The notes under the pieces were generated by a model. That model was not told the DNA's origin and made no database searches. It saw only the letters and a program-made list of their open reading frames with translations. 64,000 nt of DNA from Anaeramoeba ignava BMAN. Lineage: Eukaryota; Protista; Anaeramoebae. The translations under genes and the position numbers were made by a program. The stretch is from contig JAPDFW010000136.1 of the NCBI GenBank assembly GCA_028826165.1, positions 434,001 through 498,000 on the forward strand. The letters run 5' to 3'. Positions 31,570-45,279 of this stretch are shown here, piece after piece; within the stretch, counting starts at the first letter, position 1; every line of letters begins with the position of its first letter.

Positions 31570-33292
31570 TTAAAATTTAAAATTAAATTTAAATTTGGGA
31601 ATATTGATATCTTTCTTTGTTTGAAGAGGAGGAGGAATACTTGATAATAAATAATTTAAATTTTGTTGAAGAGATCGTGTATTTGAATTGTAATTTTCTG
31701 TTCGAATTTTTTTGATATCATTTTGTTTTTGATTTTGATTTTGATTTTCATTTTCATTTTCAATTTGATTTTGATTTTGATTTTGATTTTGATTTTCATT
31801 TTGATTTTCATTTTGATTTTCAATTTGATTTTCATTTTGATTTTGATTTTGAATTTGAATTTGAATTTGATTTTGATTTTCAATTTGATTTTGATTTTCA
31901 TTTTCATTTTCAATTTGATTTTCATTTTCAATTTGATTTTGATTTTCATTTTCAATTTGATTTTGATTTTCATTTTCATTTTGATTTTCATTTTCATTTT
32001 CATTTTCATTTTCAATTTGATTTTCATTTTCATTTTCAATTTGATTTTCATTTTCAATTTGATTTTCATTTTCATTTTCATTTTCATTTTCATTTTCATT
32101 TTGATTTTCATTTTCATTTTCATTTTCATTTTCATTTTCAATTTGATTTTCATTTTCATCAATATCTTTTTTCCTTTTCTTTTTCTCATTTTTCTTTTTC
32201 TCATTTTTCATTTTAATTTCAGATCTAATTTGATTTTTAATTTTATCAATTTCAGATTCTTCTTTGTTTTCTTGAAACTCTTTCATTTTCAAATCATAAT
32301 CACGAAGTTTTTCATCAACTTCGTCTTGAGATCTAAGATTATTATTAGCCCAATCCAATTTAGCTTTTTTATTATCAAACTGAAGATTATTATGAAGTCT
32401 AACAGCAGCATCCTCAGCATTTTGCCTTGATTTAAAAGTAACAAAAGCAACAGCTTTTTCACGATATAAAGTAATTTTTTCAATTTCTCCAAAAGGTTCA
32501 AATTGTTCAGAAATATCATCAACTGAACAATCAGGATTAAAAATATTACTTATAAAAAGAGTTCTTATTGATTTGTCATCTGGTGATTGTAATTTTCTAA
32601 GATCCTTAAGTTCTTGAATGATTCTATCTCCCAATTTATCTTCTTGTCCATAATACCGATTCCGAATGTTTATTACTGGATTTCCTTTTGATATTTCATC
32701 ATCATTTGGTAGTTCATGTCGGAATGGACATGAATCACCTCTTCGGCAATTCCCTTTAAGCCAAAATGAACAAACTGGTGTTTGATTGTTTACTAAATTG
32801 GGATATTTTTGAATAATTTGTAATAAAATATCATCTGCTTGATAACTTGCATATTGATGTTGACTTTTTTCAAGCTAAATAATTATAATTTTATAAATGA
32901 ATTTTAATTTTATAAATGAATTTTAATTTTAAAATTACATCATGAACTCTGAGTTGCATTTGAAATTCTCGATTAACCATATTAATTGGCATTGTAGAAA
33001 TTTTTTGTAATAAAAAATCAAGAACTTTTAAAGGTAAACCAAATTTCAAATCCAAAATACAAGATTGACAACAATTTTTTGCACGAGCACAAGTATAACA
33101 AATTTTAGTTCTATTATATTTTCCATGAAAAGAAGTTTTCCAAGTAAAAACAGAAAAAGGTCGACCACAAATAGGACATTCTTCATGAAATTTACGTTTC
33201 ACCATTCTTATATTTCTTTCTGGACCAAGACATTTTTGACATAAACATGGAAACTCACTATCTTCCCAACCTCTTGGATCAAAATTAGCCAT
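31570..33292 (-). CDS. RBM22: Pre-mRNA splicing factor RBM22/Ecm2(Slt11)
   Basis: 'WEDSEFPCLCQKCLG..IRM', 'CPICGRPFSVFTW', 'CYTCARAKNCCQSCILDLKFGLP', CCCH finger 'CSFWLKGNCRRGDSCPFRHELP' and RRM 'SIRTLFI..FGEIEKI..AFVTF'. Intron ~32876-32938. Confidence 0.93.
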
Positions 33293-33343
33293 TTATTTAT
33301 TTATTTTTAGAAAAATAGAAAAATGAAAAAATGAAAAAATGAA

Positions 33344-34282
33344 TTATTTTTTCTTTGTTGTTTTTGTTTTTGTTTTTTTTGTTTTTTTCTTTCTTTCTTT
33401 TTTCCGTTTTTTTATCTTTTCATTTTCTGAAGAATTTTCTGAATCATTAACAATTCTTTTCTTTCTATTTTTTCTTGGTTTCTTTTTCTTTTCTTTTTCC
33501 TTTCTCTTTTTCTTTTTCTTTTGATTTGATTTTTGATTTGATTTTTGATTTGATTCTTCTTTTGATTCTTCTTTTAATTCTTCTTTTAATTCTTCTTTTA
33601 ATTCATTTGATTTTTGATTTGATTTTTGATTTGATTCTTCTTTTAATTCTTTTGATTCTTCTTTTAATTCATTTGATTTTTGATTTGATTCTTTTTTACT
33701 AATTCCAAATGATTCTAATGTTGTTTTCTTTTTTTTATCGTTCTTATTTTCTCCTATTAATCCAATTGACTTAAAAGCTCTTCTAAATCCTTCCAATTTT
33801 TGTTCAAAAGTCATTGCTGCATAAGCTGGTGAAGGAGATGGTAAAACTTTATATGTATAACCATTAATATTTCCAACATGTTTTTTAAATAAATTTTGAG
33901 CATTTTTTGAAGTGAAAAAAATTGCTTTAATTTTTGGATGATTTTTTAATAAATTTCGAATATCATTTGGTTCTTTTGTGGTTAAACTTGAATCCAAACT
34001 AGATTTATTTTCTCTTTCACATGATTTAATTACATCCCAAATTGCGATCCCATTTTCAAGTGCAAGTTTTTTTCGTTCAGAATTCGACATTTTTGTTTTT
34101 CTTTTTGGTTCGAAAATTTTTTGAAGAATTGGCCAAAATACATTTTGAGGATGACCATAATATAAGTTATTTTTAAAGCTTTTGATTGATGGAAATGTTC
34201 CAAGTATTAATACTTTGGAATTGTCATCAACAAGTGGTTGAAATGGATGAGTTTCATCATCAACAATCTTCTTTTCTGTCAT
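33344..34282 (-). CDS. Uracil-DNA glycosylase superfamily, family 6 (hypoxanthine/deoxyinosine DNA glycosylase), with a Lys-rich tail
   Basis: Intronless. 'HPFQPLVDDNSKVLILGTFPS..YYGHPQNVFW', 'IAIWDVIKSCER..SSLDS', 'EPNDI' and 'LPSPSPAYA'. Confidence 0.88.
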   Translation of the reverse strand: MTEKKIVDDETHPFQPLVDDNSKVLILGTFPSIKSFKNNLYYGHPQNVFWPILQKIFEPKRKTKMSNSERKKLALENGIAIWDVIKSCERENKSSLDSSLTTKEPNDIRNLLKNHPKIKAIFFTSKNAQNLFKKHVGNINGYTYKVLPSPSPAYAAMTFEQKLEGFRRAFKSIGLIGENKNDKKKKTTLESFGISKKESNQKSNELKEESKELKEESNQKSNQKSNELKEELKEELKEESKEESNQKSNQKSNQKKKKKRKEKEKKKKPRKNRKKRIVNDSENSSENEKIKKRKKERKKKTKKTKTKTTKKK

Positions 34283-34378
34283 TTTTATTTTATTTTTTTA
34301 TTTTTTTATTTTAAAAAAAAAAATAATTTCATTTTTTTTAATTTCATTTTTTTTTTCTTATATTTCAATTTAATTTAA

Positions 34379-37300
34379 ATGAGCTCAATAAAAGAAACAC
34401 AAATCGAAAAAGATCTCATTGAAACTTTTCAAGTTTTGGTTTGTGTTTTTTTTTCTTTTTTTTTTATTTAAAGAATTTTCTAAAATTATTTAATTAAAAA
34501 AATAAATAAATATAGCAATTAATTAAAAGAGATATAATAGATAAACACGAAAATCATTCTAATATCCAAATATACCTTTATAATATCATCGAACAAACCA
34601 ATACAAACCAAAACTTATTCCAAAAATTGGAAGAATGGAAAATTTCTCATTTATTTTCTCCGTTAATTTCTTTACTTAATATTTTATCAGAAAGCAATAT
34701 TCAACTCAACCAAAAACAAACAGAATTTATCATTCATTTGATAAATACTTTATCTAAGCGAATAATTGATATCAATTGGAAAGACAAATCTTGTAAATTA
34801 ATTTTCTACTTTATTTATTTTATATATTTATTTTATACATTTCTTTTCATAGATACTTTTAATTCACAATTTGTGATCACAATCTTAAATTTATCTTCCT
34901 CCTTTATTAATTGGTCATTGAATTTCCTTAAAAACCACTTATTAGAAGACTCACAAAATACCAACGAAAATGACCAAAAATATTTGCAAAATAACCTTCA
35001 AATTTCACAAAATCTTTTCATTGAATTATTGGATTCTTTGACAACTTTATGTTCAAATATTAATCACAACATTTCTCAGCCATTAGTGCTAGAAGACATT
35101 CCCGACTTCCAAATCTCTCTGGATTTAGATCTAGATGTAGATCTAAAAAATCAAAAAATCACATTCGATCAAATTATGGAATCATTTAATCCAAAAAGAA
35201 GTTCTGAAAAACCGTCAAACGAAGTTGATAACGAGCAATCAAATCTACAGAGTATTCTTCTGGAATTAAACACAGAAACCTTAATTCCAGACCAACCACT
35301 TAAACAAACAACTTTTCTTTCAACTCAGAAATTGCCTCAAAAAAACGCAATTATTACAGAGTCTCATATATTTGAAACAGATTATCTGATACAATTTTCT
35401 TCATCTTTATTACAACAAAATTCACAAATTTTACTTGATTTTCCTCAAAGCCTCTTTTCTTAAATCAATTTCAAACAAAAACTCACAAAATATACAAGTA
35501 ATCAATAAATTATTCGTTCTCATTGAGGCAATCCCAAAAGACATCATATTATCCGACGTCAGAATAATTTCCTTTTTCTTTCAACAACTAAATTCATACC
35601 TCTTAAATTTTTTGCAATCTCCTCATCAATCTCTATTTGATATTTTAAAAGAATTCTTAATTTTCCTGATGTACACATTCCCAGAAAATTTGAATGATAA
35701 TGTCTTTTTGCTTGTTCTTCTCCAAATTTCACAGTTCTTCGATAAAAATGCAGTCAAAATACAGGATCAACTCTCAGAAATAATTCAATCTCAAACAATA
35801 CAACCTCTTGATATCGGAAATATAAATGAAATGATTTTGATATTACATCTTTATCAAGAAATTTTCCAGGATTTCTTCACTCTGCCATCAATCCCCCAAA
35901 TAGAAATTAACCAACAGTTATCCGAATTTCTCGAAAGTCAACGAAATTTACTAAAATCTCAAGATTTATCTGAAGATAATAAACACGATAAGCAAATTAT
36001 GATTATGGATGAGAACTTTAATCCTGAGAAAATTAAATGTGAATTCCAAATCAACCCTAATTTATCATTTGATTGCTTGCTAATTCACAACACATTTGAA
36101 TCACATCTATCGTTTCTTTTATCAGATAACAATTTTTCAAAATTGTTTCTCAATTCAATATTTATTTCAGTCACATTCACAACTTCAATACTTTATTTAG
36201 AATATTCAAATACTGTCAATGAAAGAGAAGCTGAAAAGCAAAATATCATGAAGAATCAAGAAAAAGAAAAACAAAAGAAGAATGAACAAAAACCTGCTTT
36301 TGATTCAAAATCAGATGATGAATCAAGCGTTGAAGAAAATTTACAATTTGATTCTTTATTCGATGTTTTCTTCTTCAATGACAAAAAACCCGAAGAAAAT
36401 TTAAAAGAAAAATCACAAGATCTCCAAAAATCCAAAATTGAAATATGCACTCCAATATATATCGACTTCGATTTATTCTGGAAAATAACTGATGAATTCC
36501 ATGAAAATCTAATTCATAGTTTAAAGCAAAATATGAACAAATTTCATTTAAATTGTTTATTGTTTATTGGAAATATACAACAGAAATTTCTTCCTTTCGA
36601 AGCTATAAAATTTTTGGTTTCAAATTTTTTACGTGAATTTCATTTATTTCTTGTTTCTAAAGATATTCTCTCTCAAGACTTAATATCATATCTCTTACAA
36701 ATTACTCTTCAAAATCATTCAAATTTCTTTCAAATTTCTTTAGAAAATTTATCATTTGTTGCAAGATTAATCTTTCAGAATCAATTAAAAAACAACAAAA
36801 AGCAAAAAGAATTAATGAATGATTTTGACAACGAAAAAAAAGATTTAGAAAATGAGGATCAGGATAATTTATTCATTATTTGGAATCATTTTATTGATCA
36901 AATTAAAAAAAATATACAAAATCCAGAAATTAAAGAAAATCAAGAATTAAAAGAAAATCAAGAATTAAAAGAAAATCAAGAAATAAAAGAAAATCAAGAA
37001 TTAAAAGAAATTAAAGAAAATCAAGAATTAAAAGAAAATAAAGAAAATCAAGAATTAAAAGAAAATCAAGAAACTAAAGAAAATCAACAAAATCAACAAA
37101 ATCAACAAAATCAAGAAATAAAAGAAAATCAACAAAATCAACAAAATCAACAAAATCAACAAAATCAAGAATTAAAAGAAATTAAAGAAAATCAAGAAAT
37201 TAAAGAAAATCAAGAAAATCAAGAAACTAAAGAAATTAAAGAAAATCAAGAAACTAAAGAAAATCAAGAAACTAAAGAAAATCAAGAAACTAAAGAAAAT

Positions 37301-40300
37301 CAAGAAACTAAAGAAAATCAAGAATTAAAAGAAAATCAAGAATTAAAAGAAAATCAAGAATTAAAAGAAAATCAAGAATTAAAAGAAATTAAAGAAAATC
37401 AAGAAACAAAACAAATTCAAGAAAATAAAGAAATCTAAAAAAATTCAAGAAAATCAAGAAACTAAAAAAATTCAAGAAACACATGCTTTATTTATGGTTT
37501 CACTTTTCTATATTAGTCAATCAAAAATTAAAATTAAAATTTTGGAAAAATGTATCAAACTAATTTCAAATTGTAATCAAATTCCCTTCAAATCAATTAG
37601 TTCTTTTCTCTCACTTTTTATTAATTTTCCAACAAATCATCTTCCATTTCGAAAATATCCCATCATTTATCACACTTCGTATAAAAAAAGATTTACTTTT
37701 CAAAATTATTGAATTTTCGGAAAAAAATCCAGAAGAAAGTTTATATTATTTATGGGATCTTGAACAACAAAATATACCCAAACCAAATATTTCTAAACAG
37801 GTGCAGCAAATCCCTAACTTTAACACACTTTTTGATATACTGAGTAACTTCATTTCAAAAATTTTTGCTTTGGAAAATGATTCAAATTCCAAAGAACAAA
37901 GCTATTTTCTCTTTATTTTATGGAATATATTATTCAAACTTCAGAAATCTAACCCAGAATTTCTTCCACCTTTTTCTCAATATTTAAAGCAATCTAATAT
38001 TATAAAAGAACCTGCAAAAACAATAATCTCAATATTTGAATTCCAAAAAGATATAAGCGCATTGAATATCAAAGATTTCCATCAAATTCTTGTGAATATT
38101 ATCAATGAAATTACTGAAAATATTGGATATATATTCATTTCTGAAAAAAAACCCAATAATTATTTATTAAAAATGAATTATTTACTCTCAGAATTTGTTC
38201 TTCATTCAATCAAAAATGAACCAAAAAATCTTCCTTTACAAAATCAAACCCAAGAAACTGAAAATATTGTTTCCGACTCTTCCTCCACTAGAGAAATAAT
38301 TAAGTCTTCTTTATTGAAAATATTATTCTCATCCAAGAAAATTTTGAGTGAAACATATCTTCTGAAAATGAAAGACAAAGAAAATGAGGGATATCAAGAA
38401 ATATTTGAATTTATTTGGACAAAGTTTATTCCTCTTGATTTTTTATCGAGAATCATCACTTTATCAAATTCAGAAACAATTTCCACAAACATCATTTCTT
38501 TTTGCAATTTTCTTCCTTCAAAAGAAAATATTTTCCTCAAGAAAACGAATGATTTTTTCAATTTTTTTTCACAAAACGATTCTGATTCACTTTCTGACCA
38601 ATTCTCAATATTTCATTTCCAACAAGCATTGTCAAATATCTTTGAGTCTCTATTGCTCGTTTTTGATGATGAAATTAGAATTAATGAAAATACTAATAGA
38701 AGTACTTTGTTGACACAACTGATTCAATTTCTTAGTCATGCTTTGAATGATTCAAGGTTTTCCATGTTAGAAAATCAAGCAAACAATTTGCTACAAATCT
38801 TGCATATAGAAGAAGAATCTAACAAATATACTCTTGAAATGTTATTCAAGACTTTTTATCAAATTAAACAAATTAAACTTAAATTTATCAATTCCCAAAA
38901 TGTTGATAAAAATGAAAATAAAGATCAAAATTCCCCAAACATTCAGGAAAGTATTCGTGATCAAGAAAAACAATTCATGGAAATTTCAGAAATTATTATC
39001 TATCGAGGTTTTGAATTTATTTCGAAGTTTATTCAAAAACCAGACATATTGCTCAATTTCAACGACTTTTCTCTTATTGTTGATTTGGCAAATTTAATTC
39101 CTAAAACTTTCAATAACGCTTATAAAATACTTGATGATTTGATGAAAATTGAAAATGTTAATTTTCATAAACAATTTTTGGAATCTTTTTCATCAAAAAC
39201 CAAAGAGCAAATGAATTCATTAATTTGTTCTCATATTTCATATAGTGAAAAACCAGAAATTCAAGAAGAAATGCAAATCCTCTTTCCATTTGTTGAAAAA
39301 TTATGTGAAAATGATTTAATTTTCCAAATTTTCATTGATTGTCTTTCATTTCCCAATGATAATTTTATTGATTATTTCAAATTTATTGAAATTTTTGCAA
39401 GAAAAGATCCAAGTGGGAATCGGTTACTTAAAATTCTCGAAAAGAGTCGAGAAATTCTATTAGAAGTTTCTTTCAATAATAACAATAACAACAACAACAA
39501 CAATAACAATAACAATAACAATAACAATAACAATAACAATAACAATAACAATAACAATAACAATAACAATAACAATAACAATGAATTGATTATATCAAGA
39601 AAAATTGATATTCCTTTTAACTCTTTATTTTTGCATTTAAATCCAATTATTCATTTCATTTCGGATGTTCAAACTGCAAATCATTTAATGCAAGTCCAAG
39701 AAATTGAAAAAGATGAAAAAGATGAAAAAGATGAAAAATTGAAAAAGATGAAAAAGATGAAAAAGAAATTAAAATTGAAAAAGATGAAAAAGAAATTGAA
39801 AATGAAAAAATTGAAATTGATGATTCATATAATGACGAATGGGAATCGGATTCAGAAAATAATCAATACTCAGAAATTCCTAATGAGGAAACAAAAAATA
39901 CAAAAATAGATGCAAATGAAAAACCACAAACTAGTACTTCAAATAAAGAGTATACATGCACATTTCTGAAAACAGGAAATAATTATGAACCACAACATTT
40001 ATATAATTGTTATACATGTGGATTAATCGCAGGTGAAGGTTGCTGTTATCCTTGCGCAATTTTATGCCATTTAGTAAAGGGTCATCAAGTTGAATATCAA
40101 GAATATGATTCTGTATATTGTGATTGTGGTGGCGAAAAGCCACAAACTTGCGAATGCTTAAAACCAAAAAAAATTGAAGAGAAATATTTATTTGTTCCTC
40201 ATAAAAAGATTAATCTCCGTTTCACTGACAATTTCGATCAAAATGAAACCATCAAGGAAAAAGATGAGAAAAATACAAATTTAAAGAGTTATATTCCAAT

Positions 40301-43300
40301 TTATCAACAAATAATTGAATCTAATGATGATTTCCAACAAAGTTATTTCCAAATCACAACAGATGAACAAATTCTTTCCATATTTATCAATCTTATTAAG
40401 CAACTTTCAACAACTATTATAGAATCACAAACAAAAAAATTAACAGAAAATAACCAAAAAACCATTTCATTGCAAAAATCTGATTCAAAGCAAAATGAAA
40501 TTGAAATTGAAATTGAAAATGAAAAACAAAATGAAAATGAAATTGAAAATGAAATTGAAATTGAAAATGAAATTGAAATTGAAAATGAAAATAATAATAA
40601 TAATAACAGTAAATTTTTGAAATGGAATTCAGAAGAAAAAAATATATTTTCTAAACACAAACATTACGAAACTTCGACATTTGAAATGTTTCTTGATCTC
40701 TCAGGAGGAAGTGGACAATTCCTCAGAGATTTATTACTAAATGAACAAACTATCGATCGATCAGTAATGGGAATTTGCTTTTCAAAATTTTTAATAATTG
40801 GGGAAAAAGATCATTTACAAATTTTCAATGCAGCAGAAACAATTTCTTATCGCGAATCACTTCCAATTTCAAAACAAGACAAGAAAAGTCTTTTGGATTA
40901 TGATCTTCCCTTCCAAATACTAAAAATGAAAGTGAATCAAATCAATCAAAGTTATGTTGCTTTTTCTGGAATTAAGCATTGCTGTGTTTTGGTTTTGGAT
41001 GAAAATATAAAAATTCTCAACCAACTTGCAGTGGAATTACTATTAGAAATGATTGGAGAAAATTTATTTATCATAGATATCCAATGGATACCAGATTCTC
41101 AAGTAGAACTTGCAGTTGTAACAAATGAATTTATCAAGGTTTATGATTTATCAAAAGATGCAATGTGCCCAGTAAGTTATTTAGTCCCGCCAGAGTCATC
41201 AATAACAAGCGCTATTTTCCTCAAATCAAAACAAAAAGATGCAGTTTTGACTCTTGTTGCGACAAAGAAGGGAAAACTTTTCTTCCAAGAACTTGTCCCA
41301 GTAACAAATGATGGTCCGTGCTTTTTCACTCAAGAAATTACCATTCCTGAAATTTATACTTCTTCAAATTCTCGATTGAATATTGATTATTGCGACAAAA
41401 ACAACCAGATTCTATGTAGTTTTCTAAAAACACAACCTCAAGAAAACATAAATATTTTTGACGAAGAACCGTTTTCAATTGAGAATTCTCCAACTTGCTT
41501 TATTGGAGAACTTTCAGATACTCTTGATTCTTTGACTTCTATTTTCCCACTGGATTCAATTTTCCCTGAAAATTACCATAAATATTTACCCTTGATTTCT
41601 GTTTCCGTTGTTCCAAATTATCCAGATCTTTATTTTGGAAAATCTCAACCGTTTCCAAATGCTTTAATTTTTTTCACTATGAATCCAAACCACGCTTATA
41701 TACAATCATTTTCTAACTCTGGAAGAGGTAGAATTGTTGGCATATCTGCCATGTCAGACACAGGAAAAAACACATACGAGGGTTTATTCAGTGAAATTTC
41801 CGATCTCGTTTATGGAGAATCCAAAAAAATTGAAACAAACAATTACATTTTTGCATTATCCGATGATGGAACACTAAATTTCTTCGAAATGAACAAGGAA
41901 TTCAAGACTCAAGACCAGGCAAATAAGATGCAAAACGACGACACAAGCTTGCTTCATTTCTCGTTAAAAATTATTCCTGATTCTGAAAGCTCAGCTTATT
42001 CATTCAGAACTTTGGGTTCTTCGGAAACGAAAGAGAAAAGTGAAGAAGAAACAAAGAGAGTTTCAAAAACAAAAGACAAGAACAAGAAAGAAATCATTAA
42101 GAAAATCACATCCCAGAAAAAAAAGAAAAAGCCACTACTTTTTACTGAAGACGAATTATTTTCATTTTTCATGAATGAAAACTTAATCGAAAGTGAGGAT
42201 GAATCAATTTCAAGTGAAAAAGAAGTTATTCCTGAAGAAAAAACAAAAACCACAGAAAACATATTTATTGCCGAAAAGCTTATGCTTCACTTACCAAACA
42301 CAACACCCACTTTTGCAATCAATTACTTTGAAAAAACGCGCAAAACATCCTTAGCAGAATTTTCTTTTTCTGGAGCAATTGTGGAAGAAGAATCAACTGA
42401 TAGGGTGATTGAGAATCTCTCGGCAAGAAACTACCAATCGGTTTCCTGCTCTCCGTCGGATTCCAAAAAGCGATACGACTTGGTGATCAGAAACACAAAC
42501 CCAACGGCTCTTATTGCTGGAATAAGAATTCTTTTGGGATACAATTATTCATCATCAATCCCAAAAACAATCAGAATTTTTAATCGCAAAATCAGAACAA
42601 AACCCGAAGAAGCAAGATGGTATAATATCCCCTTTACCGTTGAAGAGAGTATTTCATGCATAAGAACTTTAGTTGTTCTGTTTTCACGTTCTCATTATCC
42701 TGAAGAAAGTATTAATCTTGATTGTTTGGAAATTTACACAATTACGAAAGAAGACTTTGGATGGGATGAAAAGCTCGCTCAAATCAAATCAAAACTTAAA
42801 CCTGGTCTTCAGAAATCGCAACAAAGAACTCAGTCATTTGAAAGTGATCTCAACTACTTTAACTTCCAGTTTTATAAAGACAATACAAAGGTGATTCCAC
42901 TCAAATCACTTGAACAACATCTTCAATTCAGAATTTTGCAATCTCTTTTGAATATCGATCCAGATATTTTAACTACTTTTCCTCAAATCAAAGACCAATT
43001 ATTCTTCATCTTAAATCAATCTTATTTGAAGCTTTTCCATCAAATTTCTCGTAAAATTCTCCGCATCATTTTCACTGGAAAATCAAAGCAAGAATATTAT
43101 AAAGAAAAAGACTTTTTCAAATTGAATGATTTTCTTCTTAAACTCCAAAACAATGATATTATTAATATTTCAGATTTTGAATATAGATGTTTTGGAACAG
43201 AAAAGATTCTTTGGAAAAGAAGAAGAAATTTACAGGAATTCATATCTAAAAACACTCAATTTTATTCACTTCTTTTTGAGAAGTTTCAACAATTTTCTCT

Positions 43301-43367
43301 TCAAAAAGAAATTCTTCCATTTTCCTCTTTAATAACAAGTTTATATTTTATGGTTTTTGATAAATAA
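34379..43367 (+). CDS. UBR4/BIG/Pushover-like protein, N-terminal half only (UBR box, beta-propeller, DOC-like domain)
   Basis: UBR box at ~39955-40165 'CTFLKTG..QHLYNCYTCGL..GCCYPCAILCH..GH..YCDCG'. Also 'IIDIQWIPDSQVELAVVTNEFIKVYDLSKD' and 'RWYNIPFTVEE'. Introns near 34439-34515 and 34793-34853; frame breaks near 35460, 37435, 37685 and 39740. Confidence 0.82.
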
Positions 43368-43476
43368 TTTTTTTAAAAAACAACAAAAACCAAAATTAAA
43401 ATCAAAACCAAAATTAAAATCAAAATCAAAATTTTTTCTTTTCATTTAAATTGAAGAAAATAAAATTCAAAAAAAA

Positions 43477-45053
43477 TCAATTTTTTGTTACTTTAAATCC
43501 AGAATTTTTTGGATTTATAAGAAATTGTCGAAGATAATCAAAACCAGACATAAAAGAAGTTGCAGTTGTTGTTACAATTAAAAATTCAATAACTTTACTA
43601 ATTTTTTTAGGATGAGAAATGAAAGATTTAGAAATTAGAATTGACATCATTAATAAAATTTGAGAAGCAACATTATATTTTCCAAATTTTGAAGGATGAA
43701 CTGATATTGTTTCATCTGGAGAAATTTTAGATTTTAAAGATAAATAAAATGCAACAAGTGATATATCTTTAAAAAGGAAAAATGCAACTAAAGGAACTAA
43801 TTATTTTAAATTTAATTTCATTTTAAAATTTAATTTCATTTCAAAATTTAATTTCATTTTAAATTTAATTTCATTTCAAAATTTAATTTCATTTTAAATT
43901 TAATTTCAAAATTTAATTTCATTTTAAATTTAATTTCATTTTAAAATTTTTAATTTCATTTTAAATTTAATTTCATTTCAAAATTTAAATTTATTTCAAA
44001 ATTTAATTTCATTTTAAATTTAATTTCATTTTAAAATTTAATTTCATTTTAAAATTTAATTTCATTTTAAAATTTAATTTCATTTTAAAATTTAATTTCA
44101 TTTCAAAATTTAATTTCATTTTAAAATTTAATTTCATTTTAAAATTTAATTTCATTTTAAAATTTAATTTCATTTTAAAATTTAATTTCATTTTAAAATT
44201 TAATTTCATTTCAAAATTTAATTTCATTTCAAAATTTAATTTCATTTCAAAATTTAATTTCATTTTAAATTTTAATTTCATTTTAAAATTTAATTTCATT
44301 TCAAAATTTAATTTCATTTCAAATTTAATTTCATTTCAAAATTAATTTCATTTCATTTTAAAATTTTAATTTCATTTTAAAATTTAATTTCATTTCAAAA
44401 TTTAATTTCATTTTAAATTTAATTTCATTTTAAAATTTAGAAATTAACCTGGAAGAAGTCTTTTTATTCCCATTACAATTGACATAGAACTTGTCATAAC
44501 TTTATCAGCAAAAGGATCTAAAACTGTTCCAAGTGTTGATTCTTGATTATATTTTCTTGCCAGATATCCATCCAACTTAAATTTAATTTTGATTTTGAAT
44601 TTTAATTTTGATTTTGAATTTTAATTTTAATTTTGATTTGAATTTTAATTTTGATTTTGAATTTGAATTTGAATTTGATTTTGAATTTAATTTGATTTGA
44701 ATTTAAATTTGAAATTGATTTTGAATTACAAAATCTGTTATTGATGAAAATGTAAATAATAATAAAGATGTTTTTGGTTTATTATTATAAAGTTCATATG
44801 CACTTAATGGTCCAGTAAATAATCTTATTGTTGATAATGCATTTGGAATTGTTAAAATTTCATTTTTTTTGATTTGTTCATCATTTTCATTTTTAAATTT
44901 ATTTTCATTTTCATTTTCATTTTTTGATTTTGATTTTGAGAAAATTTTTGATAGAAAATTTAAATTTTTAATATGAAAATTCTTTTGTAAAATTTTTTGA
45001 ATTATCAAAGAATTTTGTGATTTAATTGAATTATTTGTTAAATTTCTTAACAT
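43477..45053 (-). CDS. CDP-alcohol phosphatidyltransferase, cardiolipin synthase (Crd1)/PGP-synthase-like, with an N-terminal presequence-like extension
   Basis: 'LTIPNALSTIRL' and the signature 'TDF|LDGYLARKYNQESTLGTVLDPFADK'. Introns ~44576-44729 and 43797-44448. Confidence 0.88.
43797..44448 (-). repeat. Intron filled with a ~18-bp tandem repeat (aaatttaatttcatttt/c)
   Basis: Tandem copies lie between the splice sites. Confidence 0.9.
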
Positions 45054-45279
45054 TATAAAAACAGAAATATTCCTCAAAAAATAAAATATAAATTTGATGA
45101 AAAGAAAAAAATGAAAAAAATGAAAAAAATAAAAAGTTGATTTTTCAAAATTTTTTTTTAAAATTTTTCTTTTTGGAAAAATTTAAAAAAACTAAAATAA
45201 TTGAAAATAAAAATTTGAAAAAAAAAAATTGAGAGAAGACTGTTCTCTACTTTCTTGAAAAAAAATTTACAAACTTGAA

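Noticed and set aside
34379-43367. UBR4-like region as several separate genes or a pseudogene
   Set aside because: The ORFs abut or overlap with single-base shifts and conserved domains stay in order, so one gene with assembly indels is more parsimonious.
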